Made by a program: the position numbers and the translations under genes. DNA of 64,000 bases from a virus. The first letter of the stretch is position 1. The number at the start of each line of letters is the position of its first letter. Below, piece after piece: positions 27,427 to 37,564 of the stretch. The DNA lies in IMG/VR virus record IMGVR_UViG_3300050821_010655, positions 12,697 through 76,696 of that record. One strand, 5' to 3'. The notes under the pieces are model-generated. The model had not been told where the DNA came from, made no database searches, and saw only the letters and a list, made by a program, of their open reading frames with translations.

Positions 27427-30400
27427 GGGCAGTTCACCTTAATTCCTTGCGCCAAATAATCTGCCTCAAATCGACCATGAGCGCATTCGCACAAGTACGA
27501 TCGGATATATCGGCCCCAGACCGTATCAAATGCCAACGGGATAGCAGAATTAAAGGTATCTGGCGAAGCGTATCCTGGTCCAAAAGGTGGAATTAAAACG
27601 TTCCCGTTCACCGGACTCAACGTGTCCAACGCTGCCAACGAAAGATAACCGATATAAATTCCAGTCGGCAATACCGGTGCGCCTGCCGGAACTGCCAGAA
27701 TATTCTCAGCGTAAGGTTCACGAAAATAGTAACGCGTACCCCCGCCAGAGGTATCATCCGGGCAGGTATCGGTCAGGCAGCTTCCGTCATCTTCCCCCCA
27801 GGTGCAAACCGTTGGACCTTCCCCGCTGGTCGAATATGTGACGCACGGGATGTGGGGCTTCATCCAGAATGGGTCTTGGATATGTTGAATGATTGCCGAC
27901 TGTTGCATCGCCCCAAACCTGCCATCCAAGGTCAGAGTCGCCGGGACCGCCACAAAGGCGTTGGGCCACTGCTCACCGCTGGGATTGGTGATCGCGTCGT
28001 AACCGTTGCTGGTGATCGCCATGACTTGGGGATTGCACGGATCAAACGCAAGACACTCCTGAGTGGCGGTAAAGGTTGAAACCGCCTGCGGCATTCCGTG
28101 GGTGACTTGCTTGGCGCGAATCAGAGTCGAAGATGCAGGCGCGGCGTCAGCGCATGATCCGGTGGCGGCGTACTGGTCCACCACTCGCTGGCGCTCCTGA
28201 TAATCCCTAAGATTAAAAAGCCAAACAACGTAAGCAAACTGCCCCTTGCTTTGATCGTCATCCCACCAGTAATCCGGTGCGCCGTTGACCGCGACAAAAC
28301 CCGGACCTGAGAAAGTCCCAGTGGGCGAGTGGTTGATTACGAAATGGCTGCTATCAATGGTCGAATCAACTGTGAACGTGGCGTTGACATCGATGCCGGA
28401 AACCCCACTGATCACCACCGAATCGCCCTTGGCTAACTGGGTGGCGTTGCCGGTAGTGATTTCGGTTTTGGTCACCCCGCCAATCACCGTGCTGTAGGCG
28501 TTGATGACCGACACTCGCCCGCAAATCCCCGGCGCAGACGGAAATCTGAGTTTGCCCATGATGCCGTTTCCGCCAAAACTATTGCAGTCCAGAGGATAGA
28601 CATAACCCGGCGCAAAGTCTTTCAGAACCAAGGTGTAGTTGGTGCTGGAGTTTTTGGTTGCCTGATAAAGCCCGGTCGGCACCACGGATGAGCCACAGAC
28701 CCAAACCAAATCCGCCGTGTTGATGGCGGTCGCGCTGTTAATATCGACACTGGCGATCCCGCTGCTGCTGGCTTGAATACAACGCACGGTCGTCTCATCC
28801 AAGTCGTACCGATCCGCCCCGCAAGGACGATCAAAGTTGACTGATGGACGCGGCACTTTTATTTCCGCCCACTCCTGACCGATTAACACGCCGTTCCAAA
28901 AGTATTTCCACTGCCCATAAGGCAAACTCCCCGGCGCTCCGATACAGGGAATCGGGATAGCCAGTCCGCTATAGCCCGTTCCAGGTCCAAACGGATAACC
29001 GTCAGCACAAGGAGGCGTCCCGCAACTCACACCGGTAAAGGCATTGTAGTTCTCAGTCCATTCGGTGGCGGTCTTGGGGATTCCCGCATCGGTCGGGTCG
29101 GTGGCGTTGGTCTCGCCCGCAAACGCCCCGTAGGCGTAGCGGTAAGAACCCACCGTGCTGGAATCTCCACAGCACGCCCGCCATGTCACATGGTTAAAAT
29201 CAAAGTAACCTCTGTCCAGACCGTCAAAAGGAACCGGCGCACCCTTTATACTCCCATCATAAAGCAATGAGTTGCCGTCCACCCAAGGAACGGTGTTGGT
29301 GGGGTAATCCGCCCAGCATTCGCCAATCGCAGGAGCCACACCACCCATCGGCTCGCTGTAGTGGACGATTGGGGCGACATTGCAATGCTCGTCCGCCCGC
29401 CACGGATATTGCAGGTCGTCTGAGAGATTCCACTTCTTTCTCAACGTTATCCAATCTGCATTTACGTCAGCCGAAGTATAGGGGACGGTTAGACTGCCGG
29501 TAACAGTGATGGTTACAGTTGAACTTCCAAAACTGCCCATGCCAATCCCGTTGGCTCCATGCGTGTAGGCAGTGTCACTGCTGTAAGTGATGTACTCGTG
29601 CCACTGAAGGACACCACCGCCGTCGTATCGGTTGTAACTAAAGTTTCCGGTGGAAGTATCCACTGTGGCGATCTTATAAATGTTTCCCGTGCCCGCATAA
29701 TAGGATGTAAAAGTCAGGGATGATCCTGATTTAACAATCGTGATGTCATAGGCGCAAGGCACGTTGACGCACGCCACTTCCAGCACAATCCGGTAAAAAA
29801 GTGACAACGATTGATTCTTGTTGACCAGCATTCCGGCAGGAGGCGGACAATAGGTGTCGCCGCAGGTCACACTGGGGCAACTCACATCGCTGAATCCATT
29901 AAATAGCAAGTCATGCGCTTCCTGCGTCCAAATGTCCGCACCTGAACCGCCGCCGCTGCATGCGCGGGTCATTACTCCGCTATAACGGTCGATTGAAGCC
30001 GAACGTGAGACACTGCCGCTGCCGGGATTGCTCCCACCCGCAGCAACAAAAGAACAGGTAACGGTTTCAGTTAGATAATGGTTGGTGTCGGGCGTTGTCT
30101 GCTCAAACTCAATATCCAACCCATTGCACTCAGATGGCAGTGATCCACCACCGGCACAAGTGGCCGATCCAAACCCAACCTGCTTGCCAAGGTCGGTTAA
30201 CCCCGATGGGTCGTGACTGCGGTAAGAAAATTTTCCGTGCCACGACTTCCACACCTGAATATTTTTGAAGCCGATCTTCCGGCACAGCGACATATCCACG
30301 TTTTTGCCGGATGAAATAAAACAGTTAAACCCCACCGTCTTGTGCGTGGTGTCCACCGAATGGCAGGCAATCCAATCTGATGGGTTGTCCGCCAAATTGC

Positions 30401-31043
30401 CCGTAACCCATGTATCGCACTTGGGTTCGCCCCCGCGATTTCCACAACCCGAGGCGCAGGGACCGGGGCAGTTGCCGGTTGTGCTGGCAGGCCAAATGGT
30501 GTCGCACCGATTGGGACCGCCGCAGGTGCCGCCTCCGCCTGAGTCTGACAGTCTTGGATAGGGCAATATTCCAGTCGAACTCCAAAGCCGGTTGCTGAAC
30601 ACCAGTCCAAGTTGACATCCAGTGCCCAATCCGCCTGAGACTGAGTTGGGGGTTGTGGGGTCAACCGTATAAAGACCCGCATTAGCCAGCGTCACGGTCT
30701 TAACCCCGCCTGTTCCGTCAATCGTTGCCACCGTGGCTTGGGCTGACGTGCCGGTGCCGCCCACTACGGTCAGGGCGTCACTAACATGATAACCTGATCC
30801 TTTGGCAAAGACCGAGAAAGATGAGACTACGTTGGTCGGCTGTGAACAGGCTTGATCGGCGTTGCAACTCTCGGGGATTGTACCGCCCGGAGGACACATC
30901 CAGTCATTAACCTTTGTGGACTGAATCCAACCCGGAACCGCCTTCTCGGAGGCTCTTTGATGGCGATAACACGCGCCGGATGTGGGCGTTCTCCACCCCA
31001 AACAAGGACTCCTCCAAGGGGGACCAACCCCACCAGAACTCAT
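27423..31043 (-). CDS. large Cys-rich tail/structural protein
   Basis: 1206 aa; GSGY.V.D.LTV.GG...A..TV..ID..GGV..V.L...G.Y motif typical of tail proteins; tail-module position. Confidence 0.65.
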   Translation of the reverse strand: MSSGGVGPPWRSPCLGWRTPTSGACYRHQRASEKAVPGWIQSTKVNDWMCPPGGTIPESCNADQACSQPTNVVSSFSVFAKGSGYHVSDALTVVGGTGTSAQATVATIDGTGGVKTVTLANAGLYTVDPTTPNSVSGGLGTGCQLGLVFSNRLWSSTGILPYPRLSDSGGGGTCGGPNRCDTIWPASTTGNCPGPCASGCGNRGGEPKCDTWVTGNLADNPSDWIACHSVDTTHKTVGFNCFISSGKNVDMSLCRKIGFKNIQVWKSWHGKFSYRSHDPSGLTDLGKQVGFGSATCAGGGSLPSECNGLDIEFEQTTPDTNHYLTETVTCSFVAAGGSNPGSGSVSRSASIDRYSGVMTRACSGGGSGADIWTQEAHDLLFNGFSDVSCPSVTCGDTYCPPPAGMLVNKNQSLSLFYRIVLEVACVNVPCAYDITIVKSGSSLTFTSYYAGTGNIYKIATVDTSTGNFSYNRYDGGGVLQWHEYITYSSDTAYTHGANGIGMGSFGSSTVTITVTGSLTVPYTSADVNADWITLRKKWNLSDDLQYPWRADEHCNVAPIVHYSEPMGGVAPAIGECWADYPTNTVPWVDGNSLLYDGSIKGAPVPFDGLDRGYFDFNHVTWRACCGDSSTVGSYRYAYGAFAGETNATDPTDAGIPKTATEWTENYNAFTGVSCGTPPCADGYPFGPGTGYSGLAIPIPCIGAPGSLPYGQWKYFWNGVLIGQEWAEIKVPRPSVNFDRPCGADRYDLDETTVRCIQASSSGIASVDINSATAINTADLVWVCGSSVVPTGLYQATKNSSTNYTLVLKDFAPGYVYPLDCNSFGGNGIMGKLRFPSAPGICGRVSVINAYSTVIGGVTKTEITTGNATQLAKGDSVVISGVSGIDVNATFTVDSTIDSSHFVINHSPTGTFSGPGFVAVNGAPDYWWDDDQSKGQFAYVVWLFNLRDYQERQRVVDQYAATGSCADAAPASSTLIRAKQVTHGMPQAVSTFTATQECLAFDPCNPQVMAITSNGYDAITNPSGEQWPNAFVAVPATLTLDGRFGAMQQSAIIQHIQDPFWMKPHIPCVTYSTSGEGPTVCTWGEDDGSCLTDTCPDDTSGGGTRYYFREPYAENILAVPAGAPVLPTGIYIGYLSLAALDTLSPVNGNVLIPPFGPGYASPDTFNSAIPLAFDTVWGRYIRSYLCECAHGRFEADYLAQGIKVNCP

Positions 31044-31126
31044 GTTGACCTCCTAAATGTTGTGGGGTATAAGAAAGAAGCGGCCCGACCGTCTGATAAA
31101 CAAAGTCGAGCCGCTAAAACTGAACT

Positions 31127-31657
31127 ATGAATAAAAAGTACTGCACGCCGGAGTTTTTGCAAGCCCAAGGTTTCTCCTCGACAATTATTGATCGGTTTTG
31201 GGCAAAGGTTAATAAGAATGGACCAATTCCTCCACATTGCCCAGAGTTGGGTCCATGTTGGGTTTGGACAGCGGGACGAAATAAGTATGGTTATGGAAGA
31301 ATCAATGGTGGGTACAAAAGAATCATCACATGTTCTCAACGAGTCAGTTGGATTATCCATTTTGGGGAAATTCCAAAAGAAAAACCATGCGTTTTGCATC
31401 ATTGTGATAACCGCCTGTGTGTACGTCCTAGCCATCTTTGGGTTGGAACAAGAACAGACAATAGTAGAGATATGGTCCAAAAAGGACGCAAAGAGCATGG
31501 AGAGGAACATCACAATCATACTCTTACAGAAAAAGAAGTTCTTCAAATAAGGGAAATCGGGACGGCTATGACACAACAACATATTGCCGATATTTTTCGA
31601 TGCTGTAGAAGAAACATAGGTAAAATTCTTCATCGAAAACTTTGGCGACATATTTAG
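31127..31657 (+). CDS. HNH homing endonuclease, antisense in the tail operon
   Basis: RFWAKV.K...CWVWT....GYG...RVSW...G.IP....VLHHCDNRLCVRPSHL..GT..DN..D plus C-terminal HTH. Confidence 0.9.
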   Translation: MNKKYCTPEFLQAQGFSSTIIDRFWAKVNKNGPIPPHCPELGPCWVWTAGRNKYGYGRINGGYKRIITCSQRVSWIIHFGEIPKEKPCVLHHCDNRLCVRPSHLWVGTRTDNSRDMVQKGRKEHGEEHHNHTLTEKEVLQIREIGTAMTQQHIADIFRCCRRNIGKILHRKLWRHI

Positions 31658-31672
31658 TCCGATAGGCATAGG

Positions 31673-32422
31673 CTATCCAAATGGGCAACTTCCACTTCCC
31701 GAGATTATATCACTAATCAAATACTGGCGAACGTAAGCCGTTGTAAAATCCACCCCAGTCAGAGTATCCACATAACCCACCGGAATATGATTCCCATCAA
31801 TTGTCGGAAAGGCTGTCCAAGGGTTAGTTGATGTCCATGTAGTATTCCCTTCCCCATCGCTATAGGTTGAAACCGTAGGATCATTTCCATAACGAATAAC
31901 CGCCGTGCCATCAGTCCTAATTTCAATCCAAAACCAGTAAGTCGCCATGCTGGCCGGAACTTGAATATCCGTAGCGTTAGGAGCAGCCACATTGTAGTTA
32001 TTGCTCAGGGTTACACCCGATTTGCTGGTGACAAAAACCTCATCATGCGGAGTCTGAATCAAATCAGTTCCATCAGGCAACACCCCATTGGCGTTGGTCG
32101 TTAAAATTAATCCGCTGCGCACACGGAACGTCCTCCAGGCTTTTGAAACATCAGTCGCCGCTGTCCTGAAAAATATCGGCAACTGATAAATTTTAAAAGG
32201 GTGATAGTTTGAAAGCGATTGATTAGGAATCGCCAGATGAGACATGCGCCGCTGTAACTGAGAAACCGAACTGGTCAGCCGCTCGCCCCGAATGCGGACC
32301 GCCTGATTTCGCTTCCAGGAATTAAGCAAACTACCCGGCTCCCGCATTGATTGCAGGCTCGAACTTTCGTAACTGTCCGGCAAATCAGAACGAGGAATTA
32401 AATTATTAAAAGCCGGGTTCAC
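31673..32422 (-). CDS. putative tail protein
   Basis: Position after TMP; HPFKI motif. Confidence 0.55.
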   Translation of the reverse strand: MNPAFNNLIPRSDLPDSYESSSLQSMREPGSLLNSWKRNQAVRIRGERLTSSVSQLQRRMSHLAIPNQSLSNYHPFKIYQLPIFFRTAATDVSKAWRTFRVRSGLILTTNANGVLPDGTDLIQTPHDEVFVTSKSGVTLSNNYNVAAPNATDIQVPASMATYWFWIEIRTDGTAVIRYGNDPTVSTYSDGEGNTTWTSTNPWTAFPTIDGNHIPVGYVDTLTGVDFTTAYVRQYLISDIISGSGSCPFG

Positions 32423-33447
32423 GAAACAACGCGATCTGGAGGTGGTGGATAAGGGCTGGGTTTATTTGTGTAAATATCCGCATCCCAATGCGCGTAAGGA
32501 GCGCCAATCCAGGTGCGGGTAATCCGAAACCAGGTTCTAGCGTACTCCACATTATCGCATTGCCTCAACCAGCTTATGAAGGTGAAATTCGTTCCATCTG
32601 AATAAAGCTGGGGATTCACCTTGGCGCAGTACTTAAAAATGTTATCGTTCGTATCTGCCGGGTCCAGCGGCCAGTTCGGATTCCAGAAATAAGCAGGCAG
32701 TCCTCCGTTTAAAATTGGATCTTCGATATAACCCCCAGGATTAATCGGCGGAGAATACCAATAATATTGGGACCAGGAGACTCTGAATCCGGGAAGATAA
32801 AAAGTATCCTCACCTACCCGACGCTTAAGCAGCAACTCATTGGCCGCAATTTGGGCAATCGCCCATGTCCACGTCACCCCCTGGGGTAACTTATTTGGGT
32901 TCCATGAAGCTAAAGATGCAATAAGAACCAAAGCATCCTTCTGACCAAGAATCTGAGCAGAGTTGGCATTTCTATTTACCAAATCCCTGGCATCGGCAGG
33001 CAGAAAGGCATAGCGAGGATGTTTCTCCAAAGCCGGGTTTAACTCAATAACTTCAAGACGAAATTCATCCGGCGGATTATCAAAAGACACCCCCTCGGCC
33101 ACCACAACCAGTTCAGCCATATTCCCGGTCATGCGGCGAAGCGTGGTAGTCTGAATCTTGGATATATTGCCAAATGAATCCTGCAATAATACCCCACGCC
33201 CAAGGCCAGCCAGATAGATCGAGGCGGTTAAAAAATCCATCCTGAACCGATGCCGAATAGTAGCCTGCTCGCCCCGCTCAATTTCCGGCGAATCCGGCGC
33301 TTCCTCAATCACTACGCCGGGAATGGCAGTTCCCGATTGCTGAATAATCAAAGCCTTTGAACTGGTGGGACTCCCCGGCCTTCCACTCAACCCATCAGCC
33401 CAATCCAAACCATTGGGAACTAGATTGCTCTGGAGGATAGTTGGCAT
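32419..33447 (-). CDS. putative distal tail/hub protein
   Basis: Position; P.LEKHPRY and W..T.TW..A...HWD.DIY. Confidence 0.55.
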   Translation of the reverse strand: MPTILQSNLVPNGLDWADGLSGRPGSPTSSKALIIQQSGTAIPGVVIEEAPDSPEIERGEQATIRHRFRMDFLTASIYLAGLGRGVLLQDSFGNISKIQTTTLRRMTGNMAELVVVAEGVSFDNPPDEFRLEVIELNPALEKHPRYAFLPADARDLVNRNANSAQILGQKDALVLIASLASWNPNKLPQGVTWTWAIAQIAANELLLKRRVGEDTFYLPGFRVSWSQYYWYSPPINPGGYIEDPILNGGLPAYFWNPNWPLDPADTNDNIFKYCAKVNPQLYSDGTNFTFISWLRQCDNVEYARTWFRITRTWIGAPYAHWDADIYTNKPSPYPPPPDRVVS

Positions 33448-33448
33448 T

Positions 33449-34282
33449 TTAAGTCACAGTCAGGGTTGCCGAGTTGCTGGTCGTGCTTTGATTATTTCCA
33501 TCTGTGATTATTACTCGATACTGGTAGCCGTTCATGCTGGTCGCAGTCGTCCCAACGGTCAGTGTAGCGGTAGTCCAATTGGAATAGTTTGGAGTTCCAG
33601 CCGATGTAATACTGACCCAAGTGTTTCCGCTATCAATCGAAACCTGCCATTGATAAGCCAAAACTGCCGTTCCAGAAGCTGTAACTGAAAACGTGGCGGC
33701 AGCGGGATGAACAACTGAAGTATTGGCTGGCTGAACTGAAATAGCAGGCACTACCGTCAAAGTCGCCCCCAAACTATTGACTGCCACCAAGGTTGTAACT
33801 TGAGTCGCTACGCATCGGTACTGATTGCTATGGAGCCCACTGACGCTGCTGATATTAAGCGTAGCAGTGGTAACTGTGGAATAAACCCCGGTATTAGTCA
33901 GGTTTCCCCAAGTGGCCCCCGCATTGGTGCTCAACTGCCATTGATAGGTCACTGAAAGTTCAGATAAAACCACCACCGTAAAGCTTGTTGATGCCCCGAA
34001 AGCAACTGAGGAAGATAATGGATTGGTTGTAAAATACGGCGGATAAGCCAGAGTCGGTTCAAGTGTAATCAAAGCCGCCGCCAGGTCCGAAAGCAAAACT
34101 CCAGCCGCCGTAGTGCCTCGAATAATACGTATGCCCTGATTGGTCATTATGAAATTGCGCGGAAAACTGGGATTGGTGGCATCCAAAATTGTGATCTGCT
34201 GCCCAGGCTGGTTCCAAGTGGTGGTGGACTGCCCCGGCGTCGCACCAATTCCAAAAGTTTGTAAAATCTTGTTATTCGCCAT
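33449..34282 (-). CDS. Ig-like domain virion protein (two Ig domains)
   Basis: P.S.SV..G.S.SF.V......TYQWQ.S...G.TW......TATL.......QYRC x2. Confidence 0.85.
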   Translation of the reverse strand: MANNKILQTFGIGATPGQSTTTWNQPGQQITILDATNPSFPRNFIMTNQGIRIIRGTTAAGVLLSDLAAALITLEPTLAYPPYFTTNPLSSSVAFGASTSFTVVVLSELSVTYQWQLSTNAGATWGNLTNTGVYSTVTTATLNISSVSGLHSNQYRCVATQVTTLVAVNSLGATLTVVPAISVQPANTSVVHPAAATFSVTASGTAVLAYQWQVSIDSGNTWVSITSAGTPNYSNWTTATLTVGTTATSMNGYQYRVIITDGNNQSTTSNSATLTVT

Positions 34283-34285
34283 AAG

Positions 34286-35707
34286 CTAAGGAAGATTCGG
34301 CAGCGCAAATCCACCCATCACTGGAAGTCCAAATTTATCTGTGCTGGATGCGTTATTTTTCCCACTCATAATATCTGCCATCTTCTTGGTGTTTTCCGCC
34401 GTTTGTCGGGCATAATCCTTCCCACTAACACCACCATAAATAATAAGTCCCATACGCTCCCATGCAGACTCAGGGCGACCACCCGTCATGCCTCCTACTT
34501 GACGTGAAAACTTGTCTCCATTGGTTCCAACTCTGGGAAGAACCCGTGCCGAAAACTCTTTTGCCAAGGCAAGAAACTGCCCCAGTGGTCCCCCAAGTAT
34601 GCCAAGCAACTGCGGAAACTTATTAAGCACCTCGGCGATCATATTCATCAAATGGAGAAACCCCACCGCAGTCATTTCCATTACATCAATAGCCCCTGAA
34701 AATATCGCCGTGAGTTGCTCCCAAAAAGTCTGCCATTCTTGAGTAATTTGCTTCCCGATAAACGACGTTCGGAACAAATCCCCCGCCACTGCCGCCGATT
34801 GACGGGCAGTATCCGCCGTCATATTCCACGCCGCCGCAATCTCCTTGGAAAGGTTTAATAGCCCCTGCAACTCCTCCCTGCCCATAATCCCTGCCCCCGC
34901 CCCTAAAAGTGCGCCCTGCATGGCTTGGGGCGTCATTTTGACCCCCCTGGAGAACTGACCTTGAGCCAAAAGCCGCTGGGCGGCATCGGCGGGCAGTCCG
35001 ACCATTTGAAACGTCTTTTCTATCTGGGAAAGGCGTGCCGGGGTGGTGCCCACCATGGCGGCGTGCAGGTACAACTCCGATCCGCGCTTGACCGCCTGCG
35101 TGAACTCCTCGGTCAGCACCCGTGCCGCTGTCTTGAGGGCTTGGATAAAAATGTACCATTCTCCAAACCCCGCCATGCCGCCTGCGCCAAAAATCCCGCT
35201 AACGATACCACCACCTTTATTGCCACCTCCACCTCTCGCCATGCCAGGAAATCCGCCAAACGCCTGATTTAACATTCGCGCCCCAATCCACGGGCTAAAT
35301 AGCGCGGCAATCCCACCCATGCCCGCTGTTTTCCAATCGGCAAAGGGTTGCTTGGCTCCCATAGGGAGGTTCCACTGCATGCCTGAGAAGGCGCTGACAA
35401 GGTTCTTGCGATATTCTTTAAGGGCGGGGTTTAACTCCGACATGGATTGGCGCATCTGCCGCTGAGCCGCGCCAAATTTGCTGGCAAACTTTTCGATTGG
35501 AAATTCCTGACCCCCAAAAGAGGCAAAGGGGATTCCGCCCGCTCCCTTAACACCCATCGCTGCCGCTAGTTCAGGATTTCGAGCAAGGGTCGATTTTGAA
35601 AAACTCGCCCCAAAAGAACCACCCAGTTTCTTTATCGCCGCATCCAACTCACCGACCTTCGCTTTGGCTTGGTCAGTATCGGCTTCAATTCGTATTTTGG
35701 CGCTCAT
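34286..35707 (-). CDS. tape measure protein (short, ~473 aa)
   Basis: MSAKIRIEADT start (ATGA overlap); Ala/Gly-rich helical; follows tail chaperones. Confidence 0.75.
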   Translation of the reverse strand: MSAKIRIEADTDQAKAKVGELDAAIKKLGGSFGASFSKSTLARNPELAAAMGVKGAGGIPFASFGGQEFPIEKFASKFGAAQRQMRQSMSELNPALKEYRKNLVSAFSGMQWNLPMGAKQPFADWKTAGMGGIAALFSPWIGARMLNQAFGGFPGMARGGGGNKGGGIVSGIFGAGGMAGFGEWYIFIQALKTAARVLTEEFTQAVKRGSELYLHAAMVGTTPARLSQIEKTFQMVGLPADAAQRLLAQGQFSRGVKMTPQAMQGALLGAGAGIMGREELQGLLNLSKEIAAAWNMTADTARQSAAVAGDLFRTSFIGKQITQEWQTFWEQLTAIFSGAIDVMEMTAVGFLHLMNMIAEVLNKFPQLLGILGGPLGQFLALAKEFSARVLPRVGTNGDKFSRQVGGMTGGRPESAWERMGLIIYGGVSGKDYARQTAENTKKMADIMSGKNNASSTDKFGLPVMGGFALPNLP

Positions 35708-35955
35708 CGAACCTGCTTCATGTATTTCTCGACCTCTTGTGCGATGTATGCAGGACTCGCCCGCTGCATGCCCGCAAACTGCAGCCAACCATCACTCTCC
35801 ATCGAGGCCGCGTGGTAGGCCATGCCGCGCATGATCGGCAACTCGTAGAGCACGAAACTTTCAGTGAATGACGGATACCAGTGCATGAGGCGGCTCACGT
35901 AGTCGAGCCACCAGCCAAGACCGTCGCCGGGGCTGGTCCGGCGTCTGAAAAACCC
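35704..35955 (-). CDS. tail assembly chaperone GT extension (-1 frame)
   Basis: -1 frame open from the slippery G GGT TTT: FFRRRTSPGDGLGWWLDYVSRLMHWYPSFTESFVLYELP. Confidence 0.7.
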   Translation of the reverse strand, partial: GFFRRRTSPGDGLGWWLDYVSRLMHWYPSFTESFVLYELPIMRGMAYHAASMESDGWLQFAGMQRASPAYIAQEVEKYMKQVR

Positions 35956-36464
35956 GGCTTACCTTCACCGTTCCTTTCTTCTTCCTCTTGTGGGGCGTAC
36001 TTCACCATGGTCGCCATAAAGCCTTGGACCTGCACGAAGCAGGCCGAACTAAGTTGGGCGATTTCCATGGGGTTCATTTCCATTCCAAACTCCTCGTCGG
36101 CGGCGTCCCGCAGTTTGTTCACCCCCTGATCGAACACTTTCTTCACCTCGCGGCAGGGACGAGTGAGAATGTAGATGAGTTGCCACAACTCCTGATCCTT
36201 GGGTTCCACAATCTCAGGTTTCTCGCTATTCTGCATGAACTCCAACATCTGCCGGTAAACCGGGGAGTTAATGAGTTTTAGAATCGCCCAGTCGTACGCC
36301 ACCAGAGGGCGAACCTGATACTTCCCGACCGTGATATTTTCAGGTCCAAAGGCTTGAGCCAGTGGACCAGGCAGGGGATCAGCGCTGGCTCGCTTGCCCG
36401 CTTCGCTCTTGAGGACTAAATCTTTGGCTGCGGCTTCAAGGGTCGCCTGATTGATATTTTCCAT
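35895..36464 (-). CDS. tail assembly chaperone G
   Basis: Between tail tube and TMP; slippery site near the 3' end. Confidence 0.7.
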   Translation of the reverse strand: MENINQATLEAAAKDLVLKSEAGKRASADPLPGPLAQAFGPENITVGKYQVRPLVAYDWAILKLINSPVYRQMLEFMQNSEKPEIVEPKDQELWQLIYILTRPCREVKKVFDQGVNKLRDAADEEFGMEMNPMEIAQLSSACFVQVQGFMATMVKYAPQEEEERNGEGKPGFSDAGPAPATVLAGGSTT

Positions 36465-36487
36465 GTGTGCTCTCTTCTGTCATCTGA

Positions 36488-36901
36488 CTATGCTTCCGTA
36501 GGCGGCGATCCGGCCCCTTCAACACCCGTGAGGAATTCAGCCACAATCACTCTCTGACCGGCTTCTTTTCGGGCGGCGTTGTAGGAGTTTTCAATCACCG
36601 TAAAATTCAATGATCCACTCCCTCCGCCAAGAGGATCAAACAAAGTGATAGTCTGGGCCGTCTTGGGAGGCGTCACTGTGCTATCATCAACCACCGTGAT
36701 ATTCACCCGACGCCCCTGCCAGAGGATGATACGGGTCACTTTAATCCCGGTTCCGTTCTCCACATACAGAGTTTCGATTTCTTCTGCTGGGGTGCAACTG
36801 ACGACTATGTAGGAGGCGTGAACACCCCCAGTCCCCCAGCGAATAGTGGTGAGTGTACCTTGAATGAAGAACGATCCTGAAGTTGGAGGCGGCCAAGACA
36901 T
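36488..36901 (-). CDS. putative tail tube protein
   Basis: Small beta-rich protein immediately before the chaperones. Confidence 0.6.
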   Translation of the reverse strand: MSWPPPTSGSFFIQGTLTTIRWGTGGVHASYIVVSCTPAEEIETLYVENGTGIKVTRIILWQGRRVNITVVDDSTVTPPKTAQTITLFDPLGGGSGSLNFTVIENSYNAARKEAGQRVIVAEFLTGVEGAGSPPTEA

Positions 36902-36916
36902 TTGTTTATCTTTCTC

Positions 36917-37282
36917 TTAGAGTTCTACTGCAAGCACAAGAATCTGCGGTGTTGCCGCCACCGAAATCGCGTAAATCACTGTTTGCCTTGTTGGGATGAT
37001 CGTAAACTCTCCAGGTTGCAGGGTGACGAAGGCGTTACCCGATGTGACAGGCGTTACAAGTCCAATCCGAACATTGTTCGTGGCGTCCAGATTCTTCACA
37101 TACAGATACCCCATCGTCACAATCGATCCGATGGAGATTTGTGAGGTGGTAGTCGAGAGCGCCGTTGTATCCTCGATGGCGTTAGTGCCCGCTTGAACCG
37201 CCGAGGCGCTTCCATTTCCGCTCAGGGAAATCCCGGTCCCGCTAAGGTTCAACCCCGCCGAAAAACTGATTGAATTTGCCAT
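36917..37282 (-). CDS. putative virion protein
   Basis: GYLYVKNLD.TN.V.IG......F..L.PGEF beta-sandwich. Confidence 0.55.
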   Translation of the reverse strand: MANSISFSAGLNLSGTGISLSGNGSASAVQAGTNAIEDTTALSTTTSQISIGSIVTMGYLYVKNLDATNNVRIGLVTPVTSGNAFVTLQPGEFTIIPTRQTVIYAISVAATPQILVLAVEL

Positions 37283-37285
37283 AGG

Positions 37286-37552
37286 TTAAGTTCCGGTTGC
37301 GACTACCACCGCTGGCGCTTCTGGGGTAGCGGGAGGTGTTGGGGAAGGTGCCGCTTTTTGGGTCTTGTAATTACCCATCAGGTTGCGCTGGTTCTCGACC
37401 ATCTGTAACCACATGTCCCAGTCGGCGGCTCCAAAGTTGTCGCGCTCGAATCGCGCTACCGCCTTGGCCATGCGATCCTTGCCGTTGGTCACGTCAACTG
37501 TTTCGTACGCGAAATCCAATGCACTTTTGTAAACATCTAATCGTGTTGCCAT
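37286..37552 (-). CDS. hypothetical protein
   Basis: Packed ORF. Confidence 0.55.
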   Translation of the reverse strand: MATRLDVYKSALDFAYETVDVTNGKDRMAKAVARFERDNFGAADWDMWLQMVENQRNLMGNYKTQKAAPSPTPPATPEAPAVVVATGT

Positions 37553-37564
37553 ATTTTTATTCGA

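Noticed and set aside
31040-31669. Minus-strand ORF opposite an HNH gene (also 40302-40859)
   Set aside because: Antisense to clear HNH endonucleases and without recognisable motifs.
31044-31672. Group I intron carrying the HNH gene
   Set aside because: Flanking genes appear complete with their own start and stop, the HNH is antisense, and too little non-coding sequence remains for an intron core.
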